DNA of 24,000 nt. It comes from Coralloluteibacterium thermophilum (GTDB lineage: Bacteria; Pseudomonadota; Gammaproteobacteria; Xanthomonadales; Xanthomonadaceae). Position 1 is the first letter of the stretch; each line of letters begins with the position of its first letter. Positions 9,819 through 17,710 of this stretch are shown here, one piece after another. Both the position numbers and the translations under genes were made by a program. Under the pieces are notes generated by a model that saw nothing but the letters and a program-made list of their open reading frames with translations, did no database searches and was not told the DNA's origin. Location: assembly GCF_042654365.1 (NCBI RefSeq), contig NZ_JBHSGG010000041.1, positions 18,489 to 42,488 of the forward strand, written 5' to 3'.

Positions 9819-10938
9819 ATGCCCAGCCCCGCAGAATCCAGCTCCACCGCCGCCTTCGATCGTCGCGACCACGCGCACATGGCGCGCGCGCTGGCGCTCG
9901 CCGCGCGCGCGGCCTGGACCACCCGCCCCAATCCCATGGTCGGCTGCGTCCTCGCCCACGGCGACGAGGTGGTCGGCGAGGGCTGGCACGTACGCGCGGG
10001 CGAGGCGCATGCCGAGGTGCACGCACTGCGCATGGCCGGCGCGCGCGCGCGGCGCCACCGCCTACGTCACCCTCGAGCCCTGCGGGCTGCACCGGCGCAC
10101 GCCGCCCTGTGCCGACGCCCTGGTCGCGGCGGGCGTGGCGCGGGTGGTGATGGCCACCGAGGACCCCGACCAGCACGCCGGGCACGGCGTCGCACGCATG
10201 CGCGCCGCGGGCATCGTGGTCGAGTCGGGGCTCATGCGGACGCAGGCGCGGGCGCTCAACCGCGGCTTCTTCCGCCGCGTGGAGGCCGGGCGGCCCTGGG
10301 TCGCGCTCAAGCTCGCCATGAGCCTGGACGGGCGCACAGCGCTCGCCGACGGCAGCGCGCGCTGGATCACCTCCGAGGCCGCGCGCGCCGACGTGCACCG
10401 CCTGCGCGCGGCGCACGGCGCCATCCTCACCGGCATCGGCAGCGTGCTCGCCGACGACTCGCGGCTGACCGTGCGCCTGCCGCCGGACGCCCCGGCCTTC
10501 GTGCCGCCGCTGCGGGTGGTGCTCGATTCGCGCGCCCGCCTGCCCGGGAGCGCCGCGCTGCGCGACGGTGCCGCGCCGACCCTGCTGCTGCACGCGCCGG
10601 ACGCCGCGCCCGTGCCGAGCCCTGACCTGGAGGCCGAGGCCGTGCCGCGGGCGGTCGAGGGCGGGCTCGACCTCCCGTCCGTGCTCGACGCGCTGGGGCG
10701 CCGGCGCGTCAACGACCTGCTGGTCGAGTGCGGCCCGCGCCTGGCCGGTGCCTTCCTGGCGCAGCGCCTGGTCGACGAACTGGTGCTGTACGTCGCGCCG
10801 GTCCTGCTCGGCGCCGGCGGGCGGCCGCTCGCGGAGGGCATCGACCCGCCCGACATGGCCTCCCGCCTCGGCCTGCGCCTGCTGGAAACCCGGCAGGTCG
10901 GACCCGATCTGCGCCTGCGCCTCGCCGGCGCGCCCTGA
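9819..10938 (+). pseudogene. ribD: bifunctional riboflavin biosynthesis deaminase/reductase RibD, reading frame broken by a frameshift (or assembly error) at about 10039-10051
   Basis: ORF 9819.. encodes the deaminase N-terminus (NPMVGCVLAHGDEVVGEGWHVRAGEAHAEVHALRMAG). It then goes out of frame. ORF 10009..10938 in the +1 frame continues with GATAYVTLEPC..RTPPCADALVAAGVARVV and the whole reductase domain. The junction lies in the run GCGCGCGCGCGCG. Confidence 0.8.
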
Positions 10939-10957
10939 CTCCGAAGGAGACCCACCC

Positions 10958-11560
10958 ATGTTCACCGGACTGATCGAAGCCGTCGGCGCCTGGCGCGAGG
11001 CGGAGCCGCGCGGCGGCGACCTGCGCGCCTGGATCGACACCGGCACGCTGCCCGTCGCGGAGCTCGTCCTGGGCGAGAGCGTCGCGGTCAACGGCGTGTG
11101 CCTGACCGTGGTCGGGACCGATGCCGCCGGCTTCGCCGCCGACATCTCGGTCGAGACCCTGGACCGCACCACGCTCGGCACGCTGGGGCCCGGCCGCGCG
11201 GTCAATCTCGAACGCGCGCTGCGCGCGGACGCGCGCCTCGGCGGCCACCTCGTCGCCGGCCACGTCGACGGGATCGGCGAGGTCGTGGCCATCGCCGAGG
11301 ACGGCCGCGGCCAGCGCTGGCGCTTCCGGGCGCCGGAGGCGTTGCGGCGCTACATCGCCGAGAAGGGCTCCGTCTGCGTCGACGGCGTCAGCCTCACCGT
11401 GGCGTCGCTGACCGGAGACGGCTTCGAGGTCGCCCTGGTGCCGCACACCCTCGCGCACACCGCCTTCCACCGTCTCGCTGCGGGCGATCCGGTCAACCTC
11501 GAGATCGACCTCGTCGCCCGCTACGTCGAGCGCCTGCTCGGCGCCGCCGCGCCCCGCTGA
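10958..11560 (+). CDS. ribE: riboflavin synthase (alpha chain)
   Basis: Lies inside track ORF 10568..11560. Start ATG at 10958 preceded by AAGGAGA. MFTGLIEAVG... with the duplicated motif VNGVCLTV / VDGVSLTV. Confidence 0.93.
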   Translation: MFTGLIEAVGAWREAEPRGGDLRAWIDTGTLPVAELVLGESVAVNGVCLTVVGTDAAGFAADISVETLDRTTLGTLGPGRAVNLERALRADARLGGHLVAGHVDGIGEVVAIAEDGRGQRWRFRAPEALRRYIAEKGSVCVDGVSLTVASLTGDGFEVALVPHTLAHTAFHRLAAGDPVNLEIDLVARYVERLLGAAAPR

Positions 11561-11595
11561 CCGACGCGCTCCCCACGACTTCCACAGGACCCGAC

Positions 11596-12714
11596 ATGCC
11601 CTTCGCACCCGTACCCGAACTGCTCGAGGAAATCCGCGCCGGCCGCATGGTCGTCGTCGTCGACGACGAGGACCGCGAGAACGAGGGCGACCTCATCATG
11701 GCCGCGGAGCTGGTGCGCCCGCAGGACGTGAACTTCATGGTCACCCACGCGCGCGGGCTGGTGTGCCTGGCGCTGACCCGCGAGCGCTGCGCGCAGCTGG
11801 GGCTGGGGCCGATGGTCCGCGACAACACCGCGCAGTACCAGACCGCCTTCACCGTCTCCATCGAGGCCGCCGAGGGCGTCACCACCGGCATCTCCGCCTA
11901 CGACCGCGCGCACACCATCCGCACCTCGGTGCGACCCGATGCCAGGCCGTCCGACCTGGTGCAGCCCGGCCACATCTTCCCGCTCGCCGCGCATCCGGGC
12001 GGCGTGCTCAGCAGGGCGGGGCACACCGAGGCGGCGGTCGATCTCGCCATGCTCGCCGGGCTGGAGCCCGCCGGCGTCCTGGTCGAGGTGCTCAATCCCG
12101 ACGGCTCCATGGCCCGGCGGCCGGAGCTGGAGGCCTTCGCACGCGAGCACGGGCTCAAGATCGGCTCGATCGAGGACCTGATCGCCTACCGGCTCGCCAC
12201 CGAGCACACCGTGGAGCGCATCGATGCGCGCGGGATCGAGACCGAATTCGGCCCCTTCACCCTCGTCACCTACCGCGACCGCATCGCTCACGACCTGCAC
12301 TTCGCCCTGGTGCGCGGCGCGCCGGACGCCACGACCCCGACCCTGGTGCGCGTGCAGGTGGAGAACCCGCTCGCCGACCTGCTGCACTGGCGCCGCGAGG
12401 ACTTCGGCGTCGCCGGCACCGACGCGCTGCGCGCCATCGCCGAGGCCGGCAGCGGCGTGATGGTGGTGCTGTCCGCGCCGCGCGATCCCGACGCCCTGCT
12501 GGCCCGCCTGCGCGCCGAACCCGCCCCCGCGGACCGCCGCGACGTCGGCGAATGGCGACGCAACGGCGCCGGCGCCCAGATCCTCGCCGAACTCGGCCTC
12601 GGCCCCCTCCGCGTCCTCGGCACCCCCCGCCGGCAGGTCGGGTTGGCGGGGTTCGGGCTGGAGGTGGTGGAGTATGTGGAGCTGGAAAATGCGGGAATGG
12701 GGAATCGGGAATAG
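11596..12714 (+). CDS. ribBA: 3,4-dihydroxy-2-butanone-4-phosphate synthase fused to a GTP cyclohydrolase II-like domain (RibBA/RibBX type)
   Basis: Lies inside track ORF 11098..12714. Start ATG at 11596. DHBP synthase blocks DDEDRENEGDLIMAAE and AGHTEAAVDLA. C-terminal GCH-II-like half. The last 8 codons (AGMGNRE*) are encoded by the repeat arm. Confidence 0.9.
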   Translation: MPFAPVPELLEEIRAGRMVVVVDDEDRENEGDLIMAAELVRPQDVNFMVTHARGLVCLALTRERCAQLGLGPMVRDNTAQYQTAFTVSIEAAEGVTTGISAYDRAHTIRTSVRPDARPSDLVQPGHIFPLAAHPGGVLSRAGHTEAAVDLAMLAGLEPAGVLVEVLNPDGSMARRPELEAFAREHGLKIGSIEDLIAYRLATEHTVERIDARGIETEFGPFTLVTYRDRIAHDLHFALVRGAPDATTPTLVRVQVENPLADLLHWRREDFGVAGTDALRAIAEAGSGVMVVLSAPRDPDALLARLRAEPAPADRRDVGEWRRNGAGAQILAELGLGPLRVLGTPRRQVGLAGFGLEVVEYVELENAGMGNRE

Positions 12715-13014
12715 GGACCTGGAAGTCGGCGCGTGATTGGGGCCTCGCGCTGGCGGCCTCCACGCCCTCGGCGCCCTGCAGCGGGTAGGGCAGGAGTGGA
12801 AGGGGCTCGGGAATAGGGCCTCACGGTCGGCTCGCGGTCGGAGTTCGAGCTTCGGGTGCCGGGGTCGAGAACGGGGCGCGGCGTGCGTGCCTCTCCCTCT
12901 CTCCGTTCCGCTTCGTGCCTCTCCGTCGCCCTCACTCTGCCCCACCTTGCCAGTCCGTCCCGCCCTCCAGGTCCCCATTCCCGATTCCCCATTCCCGCTT
13001 TTCCCGCTTCATCC
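12691..13014. repeat. G-heptad inverted-repeat element, copy C (gene-less, rearranged)
   Basis: G-arm 12691-12722: GCGGGAATGGGGAATCGGGAATAGGGACCTGG. Internal partial arm 12802-12822: GGGGCTCGGGAATAGGGCCTC. C-arm 12967-13014, reverse complement GGATGAAGCGGGAAAAGCGGGAATGGGGAATCGGGAATGGGGACCTGG. Confidence 0.75.
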
Positions 13015-13039
13015 CCCATCCCGTAAACTCCCCGCCCCC

Positions 13040-13537
13040 ATGTCCCATCCCTCCGCCACCAGCCCCGTCGCGGGCGACGTCCGTGCTCCGGACGGCGCGC
13101 GCTTCGCCGTCCTCTCCACGCGCTGGAATCCCGAGATCGTCGAGCCGCTGGTCGCGGGCGCGGTGGCGGCGCTGCGCGCGCGCGGGGTGGCGGACGCCGC
13201 CATCGACGTGATCCGCGTGCCCGGGGCGTGGGAGCTGCCGATCATGGCCGAGCGCATCGCGCGGGCCGGCGGGCATGCCGCCGTCGTGGCGCTGGGCTGC
13301 GTGGTCCGTGGCGACACCCGCCACTACGAGCACGTCGCCGACGAGTGCGCGCGCGGGCTGATGCGCGTCGCCCTCGACCACGCCCTGCCGGTCGCCAACG
13401 GCGTGCTCGCGGTCGAGCGCCGCGCCGACGCCGAGGCGCGCGCCGGCGGCAGCCACGGCAACAAGGGCGAGGAGGCGGCGCTGGCCGCGCTCGAACTCGC
13501 CCACCTGTTCTCCCTGTCCCCGAGTGGTCCTGCATGA
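13040..13537 (+). CDS. ribH: 6,7-dimethyl-8-ribityllumazine synthase
   Basis: Lies inside track ORF 12737..13537. Start ATG at 13040. Blocks [51 protein letters not shown]. Confidence 0.93.
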   Translation: MSHPSATSPVAGDVRAPDGARFAVLSTRWNPEIVEPLVAGAVAALRARGVADAAIDVIRVPGAWELPIMAERIARAGGHAAVVALGCVVRGDTRHYEHVADECARGLMRVALDHALPVANGVLAVERRADAEARAGGSHGNKGEEAALAALELAHLFSLSPSGPA

Positions 13538-13992
13538 ACCGTCGTCCCGAAGGCATCGATCCCGCCGCGCGCTCGCGCGCCCGCCGCCGCGCCCTGCAGG
13601 CGGTCTACGCCTGGCAGCTGTCCGGCACGCCGGTGGTGGAGGTGCTGGCCCAGTTCCGGCACGAGCAGGACATGGAGATCGCCGACGCGGAGTACTTCGA
13701 GGACCTCGTGCGCGGGGTGGTGACCCATTGCGGCGACCTGGACGAGGGCCTCGCGCGCTTCGTCGACCGCCCGCTGCCGCAGGTCGACCCCATCGAGCGG
13801 GCCGCGCTGCGCATCGCCGCCTACGAACTCGTGCACCGCATCGACGTGCCCTACCGCGTGGTCATCAACGAAGCCATCGAGAGCGTGAAGCGCTTCGGCG
13901 CCGAGCACGGCCACACCTACGTCAACGGCGTGCTCGACCGCGCCGCGCTCGAATGGCGCGCCGCCGAGGCCGGTGCCGCGCGCAGGCGCTGA
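13534..13992 (+). CDS. nusB: transcription antitermination factor NusB
   Basis: Lies inside track ORF 13228..13992. Start ATG at 13534 overlaps the ribH stop (ATGA). [16 protein letters not shown]..., [26 protein letters not shown]. Confidence 0.93.
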   Translation: MNRRPEGIDPAARSRARRRALQAVYAWQLSGTPVVEVLAQFRHEQDMEIADAEYFEDLVRGVVTHCGDLDEGLARFVDRPLPQVDPIERAALRIAAYELVHRIDVPYRVVINEAIESVKRFGAEHGHTYVNGVLDRAALEWRAAEAGAARRR

Positions 13993-13999
13993 TGTCCCC

Positions 14000-14102
14000 G
14001 TAGGAGCGGCTTCAGCCGCGACCGGCAGGACAGTGCAGGCGTGCATGACCCATGATGCCGCGGATCGCGGCCGCCGCCGGTCGCGGCTGAAGCCGCTCCT
14101 AC
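14000..14102. repeat. REP-like perfect inverted pair
   Basis: GTAGGAGCGGCTTCAGCCGCGACCGG (14000-14025) and its exact reverse complement CCGGTCGCGGCTGAAGCCGCTCCTAC (14077-14102), separated by 51 nt. Each arm contains its own mini-hairpin GCGGC-TTCA-GCCGC. Confidence 0.75.
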
Positions 14103-14116
14103 CGGGTCCGCTACTG

Positions 14117-15094
14117 ATGCCGTCCGAATTCGACCTGATCGCCCGCATCCGCAGCCGCGCCGCCCTCCGTCCCGACGTGGCGCTCGGCATAGGCGACGAC
14201 GCGGCCGTGCTGCGCGTTCCGCCGGGGTGCGAGCTGGTCGTCACCAGCGACACGCTCAACGCGGGCGTGCACTTCTTCGAGGACGTGCCGCCCTTCGACC
14301 TCGGCTGGAAGGCCCTCGCGGTGAACCTGTCCGACCTCGCGGCCATGGGCGCGAGGCCGGCCTGGTGCACGCTCGCGCTGTCGTTGGCGGCGCCGGATGC
14401 CGCCTGGCTCGATGCCTTCGTCGGCGGCCTGCTCGCGCTGGCGGCGGACCACGACGTGGCCCTGGTCGGCGGCGACACCACCCGCGGGCCGCTGTCGATC
14501 AACGTCACCGCGCACGGCCTGGTGGAGGCCGGCACCGCGCTGCGCCGCGACGGCGCGCGGGCCGGCGACGCGGTGTGGGTGACCGGCGTTCCCGGCGAGG
14601 CCGCGGCGGGGCTGGCGGTGCTGCGGGCGGAGCGCGAGGGGCGGGCCCTGGCCCTCGCGCCCGACGTCCGCGCGCAGCTGGTCGGGCGCCTGCAGCGCCC
14701 GCAGCCCCGCGTCGCCGCCGGATGCGCACTCCGGGGCCTCGCCACGGCCTGCCTCGACGTGTCCGACGGCCTGCTCGCCGACCTCGGCCACATCGCGACC
14801 GCCAGCGGACTCGGCGCCGAGCTCGATCCCGTCGCCCTGCCGGTGCCGCCGGCGCTCGCGGCGCTGCCGCCGCCGCTGCGCCGCGACGCGCAGCTCGCCG
14901 GCGGCGACGACTACGAACTGTGCTTCACCGCGCCCGCGGACGCCGATGCGGCGGTGCGGGCCGCGCTGGCCGGCGTCGGGCTGCCGGCGACCCGCATCGG
15001 CCGCATGGTGCCTGGGCGGGATGTGCGCGTGCGCGGGGAGGATGGAGAATGGCGGGTTCCGCCGCATCGCGGCTTCGATCACTTCCGCGCATGA
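14117..15094 (+). CDS. thiL: thiamine-monophosphate kinase
   Basis: Lies inside track ORF 13973..15094. Start ATG at 14117 (MPSEFDLIARIRSR...GIGDDAAVL...TSDTLNAGVHF...LAVNLSDLAAMGA). Confidence 0.9.
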   Translation: MPSEFDLIARIRSRAALRPDVALGIGDDAAVLRVPPGCELVVTSDTLNAGVHFFEDVPPFDLGWKALAVNLSDLAAMGARPAWCTLALSLAAPDAAWLDAFVGGLLALAADHDVALVGGDTTRGPLSINVTAHGLVEAGTALRRDGARAGDAVWVTGVPGEAAAGLAVLRAEREGRALALAPDVRAQLVGRLQRPQPRVAAGCALRGLATACLDVSDGLLADLGHIATASGLGAELDPVALPVPPALAALPPPLRRDAQLAGGDDYELCFTAPADADAAVRAALAGVGLPATRIGRMVPGRDVRVRGEDGEWRVPPHRGFDHFRA

Positions 15095-15624
15095 GCCAAC
15101 CCGCATCGCCCACCGGCCAGGACCGCAGCCTGCTGCGCGCCCGCATCCTGCTCCGGCATCCCGCCGGCTGGCTCGCCACCGGGCTCGGGGTCGGCATGGC
15201 CGCGCGCGCGCCCGGCACCTTCGGCAGCATCGCGGCGCTGGCGCCCTGGCTGCTGCTGCGCGAACTGCCGTTCGCGGGCTACCTGGCCGCGGTGGCGGTG
15301 ACCTTCGCCCTCGGCGTGTGGGCGTCGAACTGGGTGATCGCGCGGACCGGTGTGGAGGATCCCGGCGTGGTCGTGCTCGACGAGTTCGTCGGGCTGTGGA
15401 TCGCGCTGGCGCTGGCGCCGCCGGGCTGGGGCTGGATGCTGGCGGGGCTGCTGCTGTTCCGGGTGTTCGACATCGCCAAGCCCTGGCCGGTCTCCTGGGC
15501 CGACCGCCGCATCAAGGGCGGCTTCGGCGCCATGTTCGACGACGCGCTCGCCGGCCTGTACGCCTTCGGGGTGCTGCAGCTGGCCGCGTGGTGGCTCGGC
15601 CACGGCGGCATCCTCCCGGGCTGA
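15091..15624 (+). CDS. pgpA: phosphatidylglycerophosphatase A
   Basis: Lies inside track ORF 14227..15624. Start ATG at 15091 overlaps the thiL stop (ATGA). PGTFGS, VVLDEFVG, FRVFDIAKPWP, GGFGAMFDD. Confidence 0.9.
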   Translation: MSQPASPTGQDRSLLRARILLRHPAGWLATGLGVGMAARAPGTFGSIAALAPWLLLRELPFAGYLAAVAVTFALGVWASNWVIARTGVEDPGVVVLDEFVGLWIALALAPPGWGWMLAGLLLFRVFDIAKPWPVSWADRRIKGGFGAMFDDALAGLYAFGVLQLAAWWLGHGGILPG

Positions 15625-15645
15625 GGGTGGGTGCCGCGGACGCGG

Positions 15646-17037
15646 TCACGCCGCCGCGGGGGGCAGCACCTTGCCCGGGTTGAGGATGCCGTCGGGGTCG
15701 AAGGCCTGCTTGACCGTGCGCATCAGGGCGAGGGTCGGTGCGTCGAAGGCCTGCGCCATGAAGTCGCGCTTGGCGGTGCCGATGCCGTGCTCGCCGGACA
15801 GGGTGCCGCCCAGGGACAGAGTCAGCGCGAACAGGCGCGGCAGCGCGCTGCGCGCCCGGGCGGACTCGGCCGCGTCGTCCGGGTCGAACAGGATGTTGAC
15901 GTGCAGGTTGCCGTTGCCGGCGTGCCCGAAGGCGACGATGCGCAGGTCGAACTCCGCCGCCAGCGCCTCGACGCCCGTCACCAGGTCGGGGATGCGCGAG
16001 ACCGGCACCACCACGTCCTCGTTGATCTTGCCGGCCGCGATGGTGCGCAGCGCCGGCGAGAGCGCGCGGCGGGCCGCCCACAGCGCCTCGCTGGCGGCGG
16101 CGTCGGGCGCGGCGTCGAGGGCGAGCAGCCCAGGGCCGCGCGCGGCGTCGGCCAGCGCGCGCGTCGCCAGTTCCACGGTCGCCGCATCGCCGTCGGCCTC
16201 GATCATCAGCAGTGCGCCGGCGTCGGGAATGTCCGCGCCGCCGACCTCGCGTGCCAGCCGGATGCAGTGCCGGTCCATGAACTCCAGCATGGCCGGGGCC
16301 ACCGGCTGGCGCATGAGGCGCGCGACCGCCGCGGCCGCGGCGGCCACGTCGGCATAGAGTGCGCGCAGGCTGCGTCGCGCCGACGGCAGCGGCGCGAGCT
16401 TCAGCGTCGCCTCGACGATCAGCCCGAGCGTGCCCTCGCTGCCGACCAGCAGGTGGGTGAGGTCGTAGCCGGTCGCGTCCTTGGTGGTGCGGCTGCCGCA
16501 GGTGACCAGGTCCCCGGTGCCGGTCACGGCGGCGAGGCCGAGCACGTTGTCGCGGGTGGCGCCGTACTTCACGGTGCGCGGCCCGCCGGCATTGCAGGCG
16601 AGGTTGCCGCCGACCGTGCAGGTGTCCGCGCTGGCCGGGTCCGGCGGCCAGAACAGGCCGTGCGCGGCGAGCGCGCGCTGCAGGTCGCCGTTGAGCACGC
16701 CGGGCTCGACCACGGCGATGCGGTCCGCAGGGTCGATGGCAAGGATGCGCGCCATGCGCTCGAAGCCGACCACCACGGCGCCACCGCCGGGAATCGCCGC
16801 GCCGGTGCTGCTGGTCCCGCTGCCGCGCGCGACCACCGGCACCCGGTGCGTCCGGCACGCGTGGACCAGCGCGACCACCTGTTCGCGACGCTCCGGCAGC
16901 GCCACCCCCGCAGCCGGCACGCCCCGCCGCGAGGCGTCCTCCCCGTAGCGCCGAAGCGTCTCCGCATCCACCCGCCACCCGTCCCCGAGCAGCGCGGCGA
17001 GCGCGTGGGCGAGGGCGGGCGGGAGGAGGCTGGGCAT
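15646..17037 (-). CDS. FAD-binding oxidase, GlcD / D-lactate dehydrogenase family
   Basis: Lies inside track ORF 15646..17361(-). Start ATG at 17037 (MPSLLPPALAHALAALLGDGWRVD...). FAD-binding PCMH-type block VVARGSGTSSTGAAIP. C-terminal GGTLSGEHGIGTAKRDFM and DPDGILNPGKV. The first 108 codons of the track ORF are repeat translation. Confidence 0.85.
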   Translation of the reverse strand: MPSLLPPALAHALAALLGDGWRVDAETLRRYGEDASRRGVPAAGVALPERREQVVALVHACRTHRVPVVARGSGTSSTGAAIPGGGAVVVGFERMARILAIDPADRIAVVEPGVLNGDLQRALAAHGLFWPPDPASADTCTVGGNLACNAGGPRTVKYGATRDNVLGLAAVTGTGDLVTCGSRTTKDATGYDLTHLLVGSEGTLGLIVEATLKLAPLPSARRSLRALYADVAAAAAAVARLMRQPVAPAMLEFMDRHCIRLAREVGGADIPDAGALLMIEADGDAATVELATRALADAARGPGLLALDAAPDAAASEALWAARRALSPALRTIAAGKINEDVVVPVSRIPDLVTGVEALAAEFDLRIVAFGHAGNGNLHVNILFDPDDAAESARARSALPRLFALTLSLGGTLSGEHGIGTAKRDFMAQAFDAPTLALMRTVKQAFDPDGILNPGKVLPPAAA

Positions 17038-17327
17038 GGGGCAGGGGTGGGATTGGGAGGTGGGGAAGTATGGGGCAGGGGCGCCGGGCGCGGGCCCAGG
17101 GCTTGGGGCGCAGGGCTTGGGGCAGAGGGCAGGGGCAGGGGCAGGGGCAGAGGGCAGAGGGCAGAGGGCTTGGGGCAGGGGGCGTAGCGTCGGCCCCGAG
17201 CCCCGAGCCCCGAGCCCCGAGCCCCAGGCCCCAGGCCCCAGGCCCAAAGCCCAAAGCCCAAAGCCCCGAGCCCCGAGCCCCAAGCCCCAAGCCCCAAGCC
17301 CCAAGCCCCAAGCCCAGCCCCAGGCCC
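17038..17327. repeat. head-to-head array of G-rich hexa/heptamer tandem repeats
   Basis: Left half is G-rich on the + strand, including (CAGGGG)x3 and (CAGAGGG)x3 flanked by CTTGGGG. Centre lies around 17184-17192. The right half is 17 in-phase heptamers at 17193-17311: (GCCCCGA)4 (GCCCCAG)3 (GCCCAAA)3 (GCCCCGA)2 (GCCCCAA)5. Confidence 0.9.
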
Positions 17328-17332
17328 ACCAA

Positions 17333-17710
17333 CTAGAAGAGCTCGTCCATCCGGAAGGCATCCCGCAGCCAGCGCACCTGGGGTGCGTCGGGGGCGCCCT
17401 CCAGGGCGAGGACGTCGAAGCGGCAGGGGGCTTCGGCGAGGCGGCGGTCCGCGGCGAGGAAATGGCGTGCGGCGAGGGCGATGCGGCGCCGCTTGCGCAG
17501 GTCGATCGAGGCGGCGGCGCCGCCGAAGGCGCTGCCGCGGCGGTAGCGCACCTCGACGAACACCACGGTGTCGCCGTCGCGCATCACCAGGTCGATCTCG
17601 CCGCCGCGCACCCCGAAGTTGGTCGCCAGGGTGCGCAGGCCGGCGGCTTCCAGGTGGCGCCGGGCCGCGGCCTCGGCGCGCGTGCCCTCACTCGTAGGGG
17701 ATGTCGTCAC
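17333..17710 (-). CDS. yraN: YraN family (UPF0102) endonuclease-like protein
   Basis: 125-aa [17 protein letters not shown]...[22 protein letters not shown]...RFDVLAL pattern typical of YraN. Sits downstream of lpoA as in other Gammaproteobacteria. Confidence 0.85.
   Translation of the reverse strand: MTTSPTSEGTRAEAAARRHLEAAGLRTLATNFGVRGGEIDLVMRDGDTVVFVEVRYRRGSAFGGAAASIDLRKRRRIALAARHFLAADRRLAEAPCRFDVLALEGAPDAPQVRWLRDAFRMDELF

Noticed and set aside
15512-17361. Repeat-derived peptides such as GLGLGAWGLGLGARGSGLWALG and PKPQAPSPKPQAPSPKPQ, which could be read as glycine-rich or proline-rich (collagen/extensin-like) proteins
   Set aside because: They are simply the heptamer array translated in different frames. 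All three frames on both strands are open there. The true FAD-oxidase start (MPSLLPPALAHAL, ATG 17037) lies at the array boundary.
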